64,000 bases of DNA, taken from positions 4,308-68,307 of the forward strand of contig CAMBXP010000002.1 of assembly GCA_945871895.1 (NCBI GenBank). Direction: 5' to 3'. The first letter of the stretch is position 1; every line of letters begins with the position of its first letter. The translations under genes were made by a program, and so were the position numbers. Below the pieces are notes generated by a model that was not told the DNA's origin, ran no database searches, and saw only the letters and a list, made by a program, of their open reading frames with translations. The DNA comes from Chryseobacterium gleum (lineage in GTDB: Bacteria; Bacteroidota; Bacteroidia; Flavobacteriales_C; GCA-002722245). Below are positions 31,337 through 39,769 of the stretch, one piece after another.

Positions 31337-32524
31337 ATGGAAAGGCTATTTGAACTTCATGCTTCATTATTAAGAAAAACAGAGCTCAACTTTGTAAGAA
31401 GTATTGAATCACAAATCAACTGGAAGTCACGATTGATAGGAGTGATGGGTGCTAGAGGAGTTGGTAAAACCACTCTTCTTTTGCAATATATAAAGCGAAA
31501 TCTTAAATCAGATGAAGCGCTTTATGTGAGCTTAGATAATATTTGGTTTTCTAACAATCGATTGGTGGATTTGGCCGAAATGGCGATGAAGAAAGGTGTT
31601 ACGCATCTTTTTTTGGATGAAATTCATAAGTATCCCAGTTGGTCTCAAGAGCTTAAAAACATCTACGATAATTATAAAGAGTTGAAAGTTGTTTTTACTG
31701 GTTCTTCGCTTTTGGAAATATTAAATTCTCGCTCTGATTTAAGTAGAAGAGCTCTGGTTTATCGCATGCAAGGCTTGTCGTTTAGAGAATTCATTGTTCT
31801 TGAGAGTAAATTAGATTTCCCAGTTCTAAAACTAGATGACATAGTAAAGGATCATGTAATTATTAGTGAATCGATTCTTAAAAAAGTTAAACCATTAAAG
31901 TATCTTGATGCTTATTTGCATCATGGTTATTACCCTTTTTATCGTGAGTTCGATGATATGTATTTACATCAGTTACAAGCAGTAATTAATATGATAATAG
32001 AGGTGGAGCTTCCATTGTTGAGAAAGGTTGATGTTAGTTATTCCAACAAATTGAAACAGCTGTTGTACGTTATTGCGCAATCGGTTCCATTTATTCCTAA
32101 TATCTCTAAATTGAGTGAAAAGACGGGTATCAATCGACAGACTTTATTGTCGTATATGTATAACTTAGAAGAGGCTGGTTTAATTAAAAATCTTCATAGA
32201 AACAGCAAAGGAATAAGTTTACTTCAAAAGCCTGAGAAAATATTTTTAGAGAATACCAATCTCGCTTATGCTGTGTCGGCCGAAAAGCCAGATAAGGGGA
32301 GTTTACGAGAGAGTTTTTTCTATAATCAACTTTCTTATAAACACACTCTTACTTTTCCCGATAAAGCCGACTTCCTTGTGGATGGCAAAATGTTGTTTGA
32401 GATTGGTGGTGCAGGAAAAAAATCGAAAGTAGAAAATGACAAAAACTTTTATATAGCCTCAGATGATATAGAATACGGATTTAAAAACAAAATTCCTTTG
32501 TGGCTTTTTGGCTTTTTGTATTGA
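31337..32524 (+). CDS. AAA+ ATPase of the AAA_14/DUF4143 family (paralogue 2)
   Basis: 395 aa. About 50% identical to paralogue 1 along its full length (GARGVGKTTLLLQYIK; FLDEIHKY; ...IPLWLFGFLY). Confidence 0.8.
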   Translation: MERLFELHASLLRKTELNFVRSIESQINWKSRLIGVMGARGVGKTTLLLQYIKRNLKSDEALYVSLDNIWFSNNRLVDLAEMAMKKGVTHLFLDEIHKYPSWSQELKNIYDNYKELKVVFTGSSLLEILNSRSDLSRRALVYRMQGLSFREFIVLESKLDFPVLKLDDIVKDHVIISESILKKVKPLKYLDAYLHHGYYPFYREFDDMYLHQLQAVINMIIEVELPLLRKVDVSYSNKLKQLLYVIAQSVPFIPNISKLSEKTGINRQTLLSYMYNLEEAGLIKNLHRNSKGISLLQKPEKIFLENTNLAYAVSAEKPDKGSLRESFFYNQLSYKHTLTFPDKADFLVDGKMLFEIGGAGKKSKVENDKNFYIASDDIEYGFKNKIPLWLFGFLY

Positions 32525-32586
32525 TTTGTTGAAAATATACTAAGTAGTGCCTACGATTCGCAGATGGCTTTCATTATCTTTACCTC

Positions 32587-32949
32587 ATGAGCAAAAAAAC
32601 AGTTGTTATAGGCGCGTCAACCAATCCTGAGCGCTATTCATATAAAGCGACAGAGCGATTGACAGCTCACGGCCACGAAGTAGTGCCAGTGGGTTTGAAA
32701 GAAGGTGAAATTCATGGTTTGCAAATCATAAAAGGAATGCCAATCATAGAAGGTGCACATACGGTAACGATGTATGTTGGTCCGCAAAATCAAGCCTCGT
32801 ATTACGATTATATCATGAGCCTAAATCCCAAGAGAGTGGTTTTTAATCCGGGCACCGAAAATCCCGAATTTGAAGCTCAATTAGAAGCAAAAGGTATTGA
32901 AGCAATAGAAGCTTGTACCTTGGTGATGTTAAGTGTTGGGAATTATTAA
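32587..32949 (+). CDS. CoA-binding domain protein (YccU/YneT-like)
   Basis: 120 aa. VVIGASTNPERYSYKATERLTAHGHEVVPVG matches the CoA_binding_2 fold. Confidence 0.7.
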   Translation: MSKKTVVIGASTNPERYSYKATERLTAHGHEVVPVGLKEGEIHGLQIIKGMPIIEGAHTVTMYVGPQNQASYYDYIMSLNPKRVVFNPGTENPEFEAQLEAKGIEAIEACTLVMLSVGNY

Positions 32950-32953
32950 ATAT

Positions 32954-33041
32954 AGTTCAATGTTCAAAGTTCAATAGCTTGTCCGACTTTCGGCGGATTT
33001 AAGGCTAGCTAACATTGAACATTGAACATTAAACATTGAAC
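32954..33041. repeat. Large inverted repeat built from tandem TTCAATGTT-type units (family copy 2)
   Basis: Left arm AGTTCAATGTTCAAAGTTCAAT (32954-32975) and right arm AACATTGAACATTGAACATTAAACATTGAAC (33011-33041). Together they can form a ~25-bp stem around a 35-nt spacer directly upstream of recF. Confidence 0.7.
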
Positions 33042-33048
33042 GACTAGT

Positions 33049-34167
33049 ATGTATTTGAAGTCATTATCTCTTATCAATTTCAAAAATTACCGCGAGGCCG
33101 AATTCGAGTTTCACGATAAAGTGAATTGCTTTGTAGGTAATAATGGTGAGGGCAAAACCAATATTTTAGATGCTATTTATTACCTCTCTTTTTGCAAGAG
33201 TTTTTTCAATCCGTCTGATGTGCAAAACATACAACACGAAGAACCTTTCTTTGTGGTGCAAGGTGAGTTTAGCAAAGAGGGTGAAGTAGATAAAATTCAT
33301 TGTGGGGTTAAGCGCGGACAAAACAAAGTTTTCAAAAAAAACAAGAAGGAATACGAACGTTTGGCCGAGCATATTGGTGCTTATCCTTTGGTGATGATTT
33401 CTCCATCAGATAGCATTTTGATATACGAAGGAAGTGAAGAAAGACGCAAGTTTATTGATGGTATTATTGCGCAATACGACAGAGAATACCTCGATCATCT
33501 CATTCAATACAATAAAGCTTTGGCGCAAAGAAATGCCTTGCTCAAATTGTTTTTTAAAGAGCGCCGTTTCGATAGAGAATCTATCGTGATTTGGAACGAG
33601 CAGTTGGTGAAGCATGGCGTTTATCTTTTCGAAAAAAGAAAGCAATTCATTCACGATTTCGAGCCTATCTTTCAGCAATACTTCAATGTGGTATCGGGTA
33701 AAAAAGAAGTGGTGGAGTTGCAGTATGAGAGTCAGTTGTTGCATAACGATTTCAATACTTTGCTGTTAGAAGCAGAAGGTGAAGATTCGCGTAAACAATA
33801 TACCACCATTGGCGTTCATAAAGATGAGTTGCAGTTCAATATTGGCGGACACCCACTAAAGAAATTTGGTTCTCAGGGTCAGCAAAAATCATATTTAATA
33901 GCGCTTAAAATAGCTCAGTTAGAGTTTTTAAAAAGAATCAAAAAGGTTAATCCAATATTGTTACTCGACGATATTTTCGATAAGCTAGATGAGAATAGGG
34001 TGAAGCATTTGTTGGAGTTGGTGAATACAAATCAGTTCGGACAAATTTTCATTACCGACACGCATCCCGAAAGGATAGAGCAGTTGTTACAGGCGGTGCA
34101 GGGCTCACACAAAATGTTTGAGATAGAAAAAGGATCAGTTAAAAAGGTGTGGCATGAAGAAAAATAG
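33049..34167 (+). CDS. recF: DNA replication and repair protein RecF
   Basis: 372 aa. Walker A GNNGEGKTNILDAI. The SMC-like signature and D-loop (LLLDDIFDKLD) are in the C-terminal part. Confidence 0.9.
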   Translation: MYLKSLSLINFKNYREAEFEFHDKVNCFVGNNGEGKTNILDAIYYLSFCKSFFNPSDVQNIQHEEPFFVVQGEFSKEGEVDKIHCGVKRGQNKVFKKNKKEYERLAEHIGAYPLVMISPSDSILIYEGSEERRKFIDGIIAQYDREYLDHLIQYNKALAQRNALLKLFFKERRFDRESIVIWNEQLVKHGVYLFEKRKQFIHDFEPIFQQYFNVVSGKKEVVELQYESQLLHNDFNTLLLEAEGEDSRKQYTTIGVHKDELQFNIGGHPLKKFGSQGQQKSYLIALKIAQLEFLKRIKKVNPILLLDDIFDKLDENRVKHLLELVNTNQFGQIFITDTHPERIEQLLQAVQGSHKMFEIEKGSVKKVWHEEK

Positions 34168-34447
34168 CAATCAATCTTCTTTGAAAGAAGCCATACAAGA
34201 ACTACTCAATGCCTACCGCCTCAATGCTGGTATACAACAAGCAGAAGTGAAAGCCCTGTGGGATAAAATGATGGGGCCCTACATCGAAAAACAAACCGAA
34301 AAAGTGACGTTGGAGAATGGGGTACTCAATGTTAAAATCACATCAGCCGCATTAAAAAATGAATTGATGATGATGCGAAGTAAAATTGTAGAGAAATTGA
34401 ATGCGGAGTTGAAAAGGGATTTGATTAGGGAGATTAAGATTTGGTAG
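34154..34447 (+). CDS. DUF721 family protein (commonly co-transcribed with recF)
   Basis: 97 aa. Overlaps the recF stop by 14 nt. Typical size and position of the DUF721/YaaA-like gene found next to recF. Confidence 0.6.
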   Translation: MKKNSNQSSLKEAIQELLNAYRLNAGIQQAEVKALWDKMMGPYIEKQTEKVTLENGVLNVKITSAALKNELMMMRSKIVEKLNAELKRDLIREIKIW

Positions 34448-34471
34448 GCAACTATTTTTCGCCGAAAATAA

Positions 34472-34585
34472 AACAAGGGACAGATTATATGTTACGCCTC
34501 TAAGCTATTAATCTTACTGTTATTATTAACTTGCAGAAGATTAATTCTTAGAGGTTTTTTACAAACATATAATCTGTCCCCTGTT
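34472..34585. repeat. Nested inverted-repeat element (22-bp terminal IR with inner palindrome)
   Basis: AACAAGGGACAGATTATATGTT ... AACATATAATCTGTCCCCTGTT has one mismatch. The inner arms are CTCTAAGCTATTAATCTT / AAGATTAATTCTTAGAG. A 17-mer (AACATATAATYTGTCCC) recurs at 22383-22399. Confidence 0.7.
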
Positions 34586-34669
34586 TTCTAAAATCTTATA
34601 GACTGGTTGATGTGGAAGGATTAAGAGGAGCTTCCGCCGTTGGACGGACAATAATTGAGGAAGGGTTTC

Positions 34670-35026
34670 CTATTTAGATTTTAAACTTGGATTGTATAAA
34701 TGAATAGGTAGAGGTAAGAAAGTTCCTAAAATTGATTTGTTATCCCTGATTGCAATTTGAATGTGATTCTTCTCTTTGAACTCAGTACCTTCATAAAGTG
34801 AGTTCCCTTCAAAGTAAGCACCTCTAACACTATCGTAAGGCTGAATTTTTTCGAGGTGGTTAGAAGCATGAATATATTTAATGACAGCATAGTCCAAAGC
34901 TTTGTTGTTGCCCTTGTTTACAGGCATCTTTTCACCAGCTTTTTCAATGGTTTCCTTTAACCCTTTATATCCTTCTTTAATAAATTGTAATGAATTATAT
35001 TCAGTGAGGTTTAAACAGTTTCCCAA
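34670..35026 (-). CDS. Hypothetical protein
   Basis: 118-aa ORF. No recognisable domain and no signal peptide. Confidence 0.35.
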   Translation of the reverse strand: MGNCLNLTEYNSLQFIKEGYKGLKETIEKAGEKMPVNKGNNKALDYAVIKYIHASNHLEKIQPYDSVRGAYFEGNSLYEGTEFKEKNHIQIAIRDNKSILGTFLPLPIHLYNPSLKSK

Positions 35027-35096
35027 ATCAAGTATAGCTCCGATTACAAAAGGAGTTTCTATTTTAGTATTTGCTTTTTGTTTGCCTTCCGCGATA

Positions 35097-35225
35097 TTAC
35101 TTACGGATAATACCAGCAGCTTTTAAGAAATCTTTAGATGCTTGCTTAGATGACAATGCCTTTTTAGTTGCTGTCTTAATCACTTGGATTTGTTTCTTTT
35201 CAGATGGATTTAACGCTGGACTCAT
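35097..35225 (-). CDS. Possible small lysine-rich protein (42 aa) upstream of the 118-aa ORF
   Basis: ATG-initiated MSPALNPSEKKQIQVIKTATKKALSSKQASKDFLKAAGIIRK. Below the ORF-track length cutoff. Basic, histone-H1-like composition. Confidence 0.2.
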   Translation of the reverse strand: MSPALNPSEKKQIQVIKTATKKALSSKQASKDFLKAAGIIRK

Positions 35226-36077
35226 AATGTTAAATATTTTTATAAAGTTAATCAAATAGTGAACTTTCGTCAATTCAATGGCGTTTATTTATTATGAATA
35301 GCTGTTAATAACAATCAAATCAAATATTCAACATATAGACTTCAAATCAAAGAAAAGGTTTAAGCTAGAGCCTCACTCTTTGGAGGAAGTGAAACACCTC
35401 GTGTCATTGATGTCAAATGGTGTAGGTTAAATACCATTGCTCATTTCTTCATCTATCTTTACATACCAATTCTTCTTTGCCAAACCCTAAGTATTCCTTA
35501 TTTTCGTTCCTCAACTTCAGGTAGGCAAAACTTAGACTTAAAATTATGCTTAAAAATCAACGTAAACTTAAAGCGCTGTTCTTGAGAATAAAGCAAGGCA
35601 CTCAATGCTGATAAGGGTTTTAGAAAAACAAAAAGCGGACTAATACATCAAAATTTGGTGTTGTCCGCCTTGGTGGAGTCCACCGACCAACTGTCGAACC
35701 ACTTATATCAATCAATTGATGGTTTGCTGAGCTTGAGTAAGTCTTTATTACCATAGGTTGTAGCGTCCCTCGGTACTTTTCCTACTAATCTTTTTTAGGT
35801 TGAATTAATTTCTCTCAACACTGTTGAGAGTTTTGGAGGGTCTTTGTAGGTTTGATGAAATTGCTTCATTCTCTATAGATTCTTATCAGAAAAGCCTTTT
35901 ACGCTTGAATATTCGGCTAGAGGCAAAACTCCGGTATTTTCATTGGATAAACCAATTCTTAATGGGAAGCGGACAAGAGTCTATTATGTATTAACAAATT
36001 CTTTAGGAGAGATGGTTTAGAATTAAAAAATTACAAAATAAGACGACAGCAAATTAAAAATATCGTATATTCGTTAG

Positions 36078-36308
36078 ATGAGTATCGCACTTAGTAATAA
36101 CGCTCAAAGAGCATATGTAACCAAGAGAGTATTGGAAAATGCTTCTAGGAAAGCGGTTCGTATAGCTTCATTAAAAGCAATGGCCATTGCTGGTTATGTA
36201 ATTACAGTTGATAGAGGTTGGTTGATTCGCAAAGATGCAGATGGTACTATTAGCCGCTTAAAAAAAATAGCACAAACCACTTCTAGAAGAGAAATAATTC
36301 TTGACTAA
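36078..36308 (+). CDS. Small protein overlapping the downstream P-loop gene (candidate antitoxin)
   Basis: 76 aa. Its stop overlaps the next start by 8 nt, which suggests translational coupling. No recognisable domain. Confidence 0.35.
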   Translation: MSIALSNNAQRAYVTKRVLENASRKAVRIASLKAMAIAGYVITVDRGWLIRKDADGTISRLKKIAQTTSRREIILD

Positions 36309-37083
36309 TCCTACTTTAAGATTACGAGTATTTGCTGGTCCGAATGGTTCGGGAAAAAGCACTATTATTAATGCTGTGAGAGCAGCTAAGGTTAAGGATA
36401 TTCCTGTTGATTTTGGAGTTTATATTAATGCTGATGATATCGCTAAAAGCTTGAGAAAGGGTAGTTTTTCTTTCACAAAGTATAAGGTTAAAGTATCTAA
36501 TGAAGAGTTTGTAAAGGTGGTATTAGATTCGGGATTAATTAATGAGGAGTTTCCAAAGACATTATTTACCAAAAGTTATTTATTAAAAGAGAATAAGATT
36601 CAGCTCGTTAATCCTAAGGCCGATGAGCATCTGGCTCAAATTATAGCTGATTTCCTAAGGAAAAAGCTTTTGAGTGAAAAAAAGAAATTTTCTTTTGAGA
36701 CTGTCTTTTCTCATCCTTCTAAACTAGATATAATGAAACAGGCTGCAGCAGCAGGATATAAAGTTTATTTATATTTTGTTTCTACAGAAGATCCTGAAAT
36801 CAATAAGTTTAGAGTAAAAAAGGTGCGTGTTATTGAAGGAGGTCATGATGTTCCAGAGGATAAAATAATAAGTAGGTATTATCGTTCGCTTGATTTATTG
36901 TTTGAAGCGTCTCAAATAGCCTATCAAGCATATTTTTTCGACAACTCAAAAGACGGTGAGGGTTTTGAGTTATTTGCCCATTTTAAAAATGTAAAAGGGG
37001 AAAAGAAATGGGATGAAATTGATAAATCGAAAGTTCCTGCATGGTTCATTAAATACTATTCTTCTAAGGTTAGAAGAGCATAG
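36301..37083 (+). CDS. P-loop NTPase of the zeta-toxin / COG4185 (predicted ABC-type ATPase) type
   Basis: 260 aa. Walker A at residues 11-19 (VFAGPNGSGKST). The size and N-terminal P-loop placement are as in zeta/PezT-like kinases and COG4185 proteins. The Walker B-like motif is hydrophobic-D (YLYFVSTEDPE). Confidence 0.45.
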   Translation: MTNPTLRLRVFAGPNGSGKSTIINAVRAAKVKDIPVDFGVYINADDIAKSLRKGSFSFTKYKVKVSNEEFVKVVLDSGLINEEFPKTLFTKSYLLKENKIQLVNPKADEHLAQIIADFLRKKLLSEKKKFSFETVFSHPSKLDIMKQAAAAGYKVYLYFVSTEDPEINKFRVKKVRVIEGGHDVPEDKIISRYYRSLDLLFEASQIAYQAYFFDNSKDGEGFELFAHFKNVKGEKKWDEIDKSKVPAWFIKYYSSKVRRA

Positions 37084-37145
37084 TGTCAATATGTACAAAT
37101 GTTGTTTTTTCTGTACTTTCCTACACTTTTATTGTGAAAGCATAA

Positions 37146-37179
37146 AAAAAGTGTAGAAAACTAACATTTTCTACACTTT
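37146..37179. repeat. Perfect 14-bp inverted repeat AAAAGTGTAGAAAA/TTTTCTACACTTTT within a cluster of four TACACTTTT motifs
   Basis: Lies 60 nt after the stop of the P-loop gene. Additional direct copies occur at 37122-37130 and 37182-37190. Either a terminator or an operator-like site. Confidence 0.5.
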
Positions 37180-37355
37180 TGTACACTTTTGTGGAGCAAG
37201 ATAAACAAAAATCGAACTTTTTGCTTGAAGATATTGAACTTTTAATGTGGTTAAAGAAGTTTATTGCAGTTGGTTAAGTTGTCGTAAATCAGCTTTTTAT
37301 TGAAAATGAGTAATTATTCTCTATTTTCGCCGCTCGAATTTTTTAAACTAAACCG

Positions 37356-37844
37356 ATGAAAAAGATTTTTGGATTACTTCTTATTGTTCTATTTGCATCA
37401 TGTGGTGCCGGCGATAAAACAGCTTTTGTAGATATTGATAAGGTATTTAATGAGTTTGAGCTTACGAAACAGAAGAAAGCCGAATACGAGAATACACTAA
37501 ATAAAAGAAAAGAAATTACCGATAAAGAGAAATTGCGTTTGCAACAAATTGCTGGCAAACTAGAGGCTCAAAAATCTCCCGATAAAAAAGAAGTAGAGAA
37601 ATTTCAAATCGATAGAGAAATGTTGCGTCAGAAAATGCAGGCCGATGAAGAACAAAATCGTGCAATGGATGATCAGTACACTTCTGAAATCTGGAAACAG
37701 TTGAACCAATACATGCAAGATTTTCAAAAAGACAATGGCTATACTTATGTCTTTATAAAGAGTAATATCATTGGTGATGAATCGAAAGATGTTACCAAAG
37801 ATGCCCAAGAGTTTGTAAATAAGAAGTTTAAAGGAGATAAATAA
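37356..37844 (+). CDS. OmpH/Skp-like periplasmic chaperone (lipoprotein)
   Basis: 162 aa. Lipobox LFASCGAG. Long coiled-coil stretch rich in K/E/Q, typical of OmpH family proteins. Confidence 0.6.
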   Translation: MKKIFGLLLIVLFASCGAGDKTAFVDIDKVFNEFELTKQKKAEYENTLNKRKEITDKEKLRLQQIAGKLEAQKSPDKKEVEKFQIDREMLRQKMQADEEQNRAMDDQYTSEIWKQLNQYMQDFQKDNGYTYVFIKSNIIGDESKDVTKDAQEFVNKKFKGDK

Positions 37845-37859
37845 TTCTTAAATTGCAGC

Positions 37860-38522
37860 ATGCGAAATCTGTTATTAATCATATTGTTTGTAGTAAGTGC
37901 TTTGTCTCTTAAGGCCCAAAAGCAGGAAATACCTGTGTATAGAGAAGTAATTGTGGTAACGAAAGAGCAAACACTGAAATTTCAAATTAAGGTGTTAAAA
38001 CAAACTATTTCTGCCAAAAGCGATTTAACTTATTTCTGGTATTCGGCAGATAAAGTGCATAGTTCAGAAGGTTCTTATGATGGTTATTTGTTAGATGGTT
38101 ATTATAGAGTGTTTGGTTTATCCGGACAACTTATTTCTCAAGGGTCTTTTGAGAAAGGAATTAAAACTGGTGAATGGAGAACGTGGTATGATAGCGGAGT
38201 TTTAAAAGAATTAGCACAGTACAAAGACGGAAAATTACACGGAGAACAAAAGATTTACAACGACAAAGGAGAATTGGTAGAGAATTACATTTATTCTGGT
38301 GATACAAAAAGAGATTTGTTTGCTGAAGCCGCCGACGCTAAAAAGCAAAAAGAGGCTAAAGCTAACGCCGCTGCTGAAAAACAAAAATTGAAAGAAGAAC
38401 AAAAGAAATCAAAAGAAGCTACCGAAACTAGGGAGCCGAAGAAGAAGTTTAGCTTCAAATCTTTGTTCAAGAAAAAAGAAAAGAAGGCAGGCGATTCTGC
38501 TAAGCCTTCAAAATCAAAATAA
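37860..38522 (+). CDS. MORN-repeat-variant protein (YwqK-like) with lysine-rich C-terminal tail
   Basis: 220 aa. Signal peptide. Repeated G-x-W-x-x-Y/G-x-L-x-G motifs (GEWRTWYDSGVLKELAQYKDGKLHGEQKIYNDKGELVE). C-terminal KKQKEAKANAAAEKQKLKEEQKK tail. Confidence 0.6.
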   Translation: MRNLLLIILFVVSALSLKAQKQEIPVYREVIVVTKEQTLKFQIKVLKQTISAKSDLTYFWYSADKVHSSEGSYDGYLLDGYYRVFGLSGQLISQGSFEKGIKTGEWRTWYDSGVLKELAQYKDGKLHGEQKIYNDKGELVENYIYSGDTKRDLFAEAADAKKQKEAKANAAAEKQKLKEEQKKSKEATETREPKKKFSFKSLFKKKEKKAGDSAKPSKSK

Positions 38523-38524
38523 AC

Positions 38525-39769
38525 ATGTTGCGTGCCTTTGCTTTATATGTGGCACTAATGATTTCGGTGGTGGTTGCGCTTATTTGTGGCAGCTTGCTTA
38601 CTCTGTATTACCTCAACGATAAAGAGTATTACTTAGTAGAAACCGATAGGCGACTAAGAAACAATGTGGAATCGGCTTTCAACTGGGTGCGCGAAAATGA
38701 ACTAAAAGAAGGTGTTGTTGTAAAAGATTTGTTCTCAGAAAATCGCGATAGCGTTAAAGTTACCACCCGCGATTGGGGCTTTTTAAATTTAATTTCATGC
38801 AAAGCTTTTTCAGGTTCGCGAAGTAAAACCAAAAGCGCCTTGATGGGGCCATTAATGCATTCTTCGAGTGAATACGCCTTGTATATGGGCAATTCCAATA
38901 AACCTCTTTCTTTGTGTGGAGAAGTGAAGTTGATGGGCGATTGTTTTGTGCCCGATGCAGGTGTGAAAAGAGCGTATATCGAAGGTCAGAATTTTATGGG
39001 CGATAAACTCATTAACGGTGAAGAAAAAAAGAGCGCTTCTTCTTTGCCCGAAATCAACAAAGAATTTGTGACCAATGTTTTAACTTATTTAAAGGGGGAA
39101 CACCATTCCGAAGATTCTGTTTTGGCATACAGCGCCGATTCAGTTAAAGTGATTAATTTCCTGGGCGAAAAAGTTTTACTATTCAGAAGTTCTTCGCCCA
39201 TCGTGCTTTCTAATGTTCAATACAAGGGTAAAGTGATAGTGCAATCTTCGCAATGGATTCGTGTGAAAAAAGATGCTCAGCTAGAAGATGTTTTACTTTT
39301 CGCTCCAGCTATTTTTGTAGATGATGACTTTAAAGGAAGTGCTCAATTCATTGCTTCAGATTCACTCGTGGTAGGTGAAGATTGTAAGTTCTTGTACCCT
39401 TCGGTTTTAGCCTTAGTGAATGATGCGCAAGATGATAAAAGTGCTGTGCTTACTATTGGCGAAGGAACAGAGATAAAAGGAGCTGTTATTTCATACAAAG
39501 AAAAACAAAGTGTGCGCAGTAGAAATTTTGTTGCGCTGGCTAAAGAAACAGAGGTTTATGGTTTGGTTTACAGCAACGGATTTTTAGAATTGAAAGGCGA
39601 AGTTTTTGGTTCTGTAGTTTGTCAGAGTTTTATCTTGCGAACAGCATCATCTGTGTACGAAAATCATTTACTCAATACAACTATTGATATAAGTAAATTG
39701 CCCAAAAATTATGTGGGGGTAAACTGGCTCAAAAAAGAAAGTCATTACGATATTATTAAGTTTTTCTAA
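38525..39769 (+). CDS. Membrane-anchored hypothetical protein, possibly a GspK-like minor pseudopilin lacking Glu5
   Basis: 414 aa. The N-terminus MLRAFALYVALMISVVVALICGSLL resembles a prepilin-like hydrophobic segment without Glu at +5, as in GspK/PilX-type minor pilins. The large periplasmic domain is not recognised. Confidence 0.35.
   Translation: MLRAFALYVALMISVVVALICGSLLTLYYLNDKEYYLVETDRRLRNNVESAFNWVRENELKEGVVVKDLFSENRDSVKVTTRDWGFLNLISCKAFSGSRSKTKSALMGPLMHSSSEYALYMGNSNKPLSLCGEVKLMGDCFVPDAGVKRAYIEGQNFMGDKLINGEEKKSASSLPEINKEFVTNVLTYLKGEHHSEDSVLAYSADSVKVINFLGEKVLLFRSSSPIVLSNVQYKGKVIVQSSQWIRVKKDAQLEDVLLFAPAIFVDDDFKGSAQFIASDSLVVGEDCKFLYPSVLALVNDAQDDKSAVLTIGEGTEIKGAVISYKEKQSVRSRNFVALAKETEVYGLVYSNGFLELKGEVFGSVVCQSFILRTASSVYENHLLNTTIDISKLPKNYVGVNWLKKESHYDIIKFF

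Noticed and set aside
35671-35710. Minus-strand GGTTCGAC...CCACCA looked like the tRNA-like 3' end of a tmRNA
   Set aside because: The putative T-arm does not pair (TTCGA vs TCGGT). No acceptor stem can be built. No tmRNA 5' end or resume-codon region is present.
38525-39769. Calling the 414-aa gene gspK outright
   Set aside because: Only the N-terminal hydrophobic segment and its position in the cluster support this. The periplasmic domain shows no recognisable GspK motifs, so it is kept as a low-confidence suggestion.
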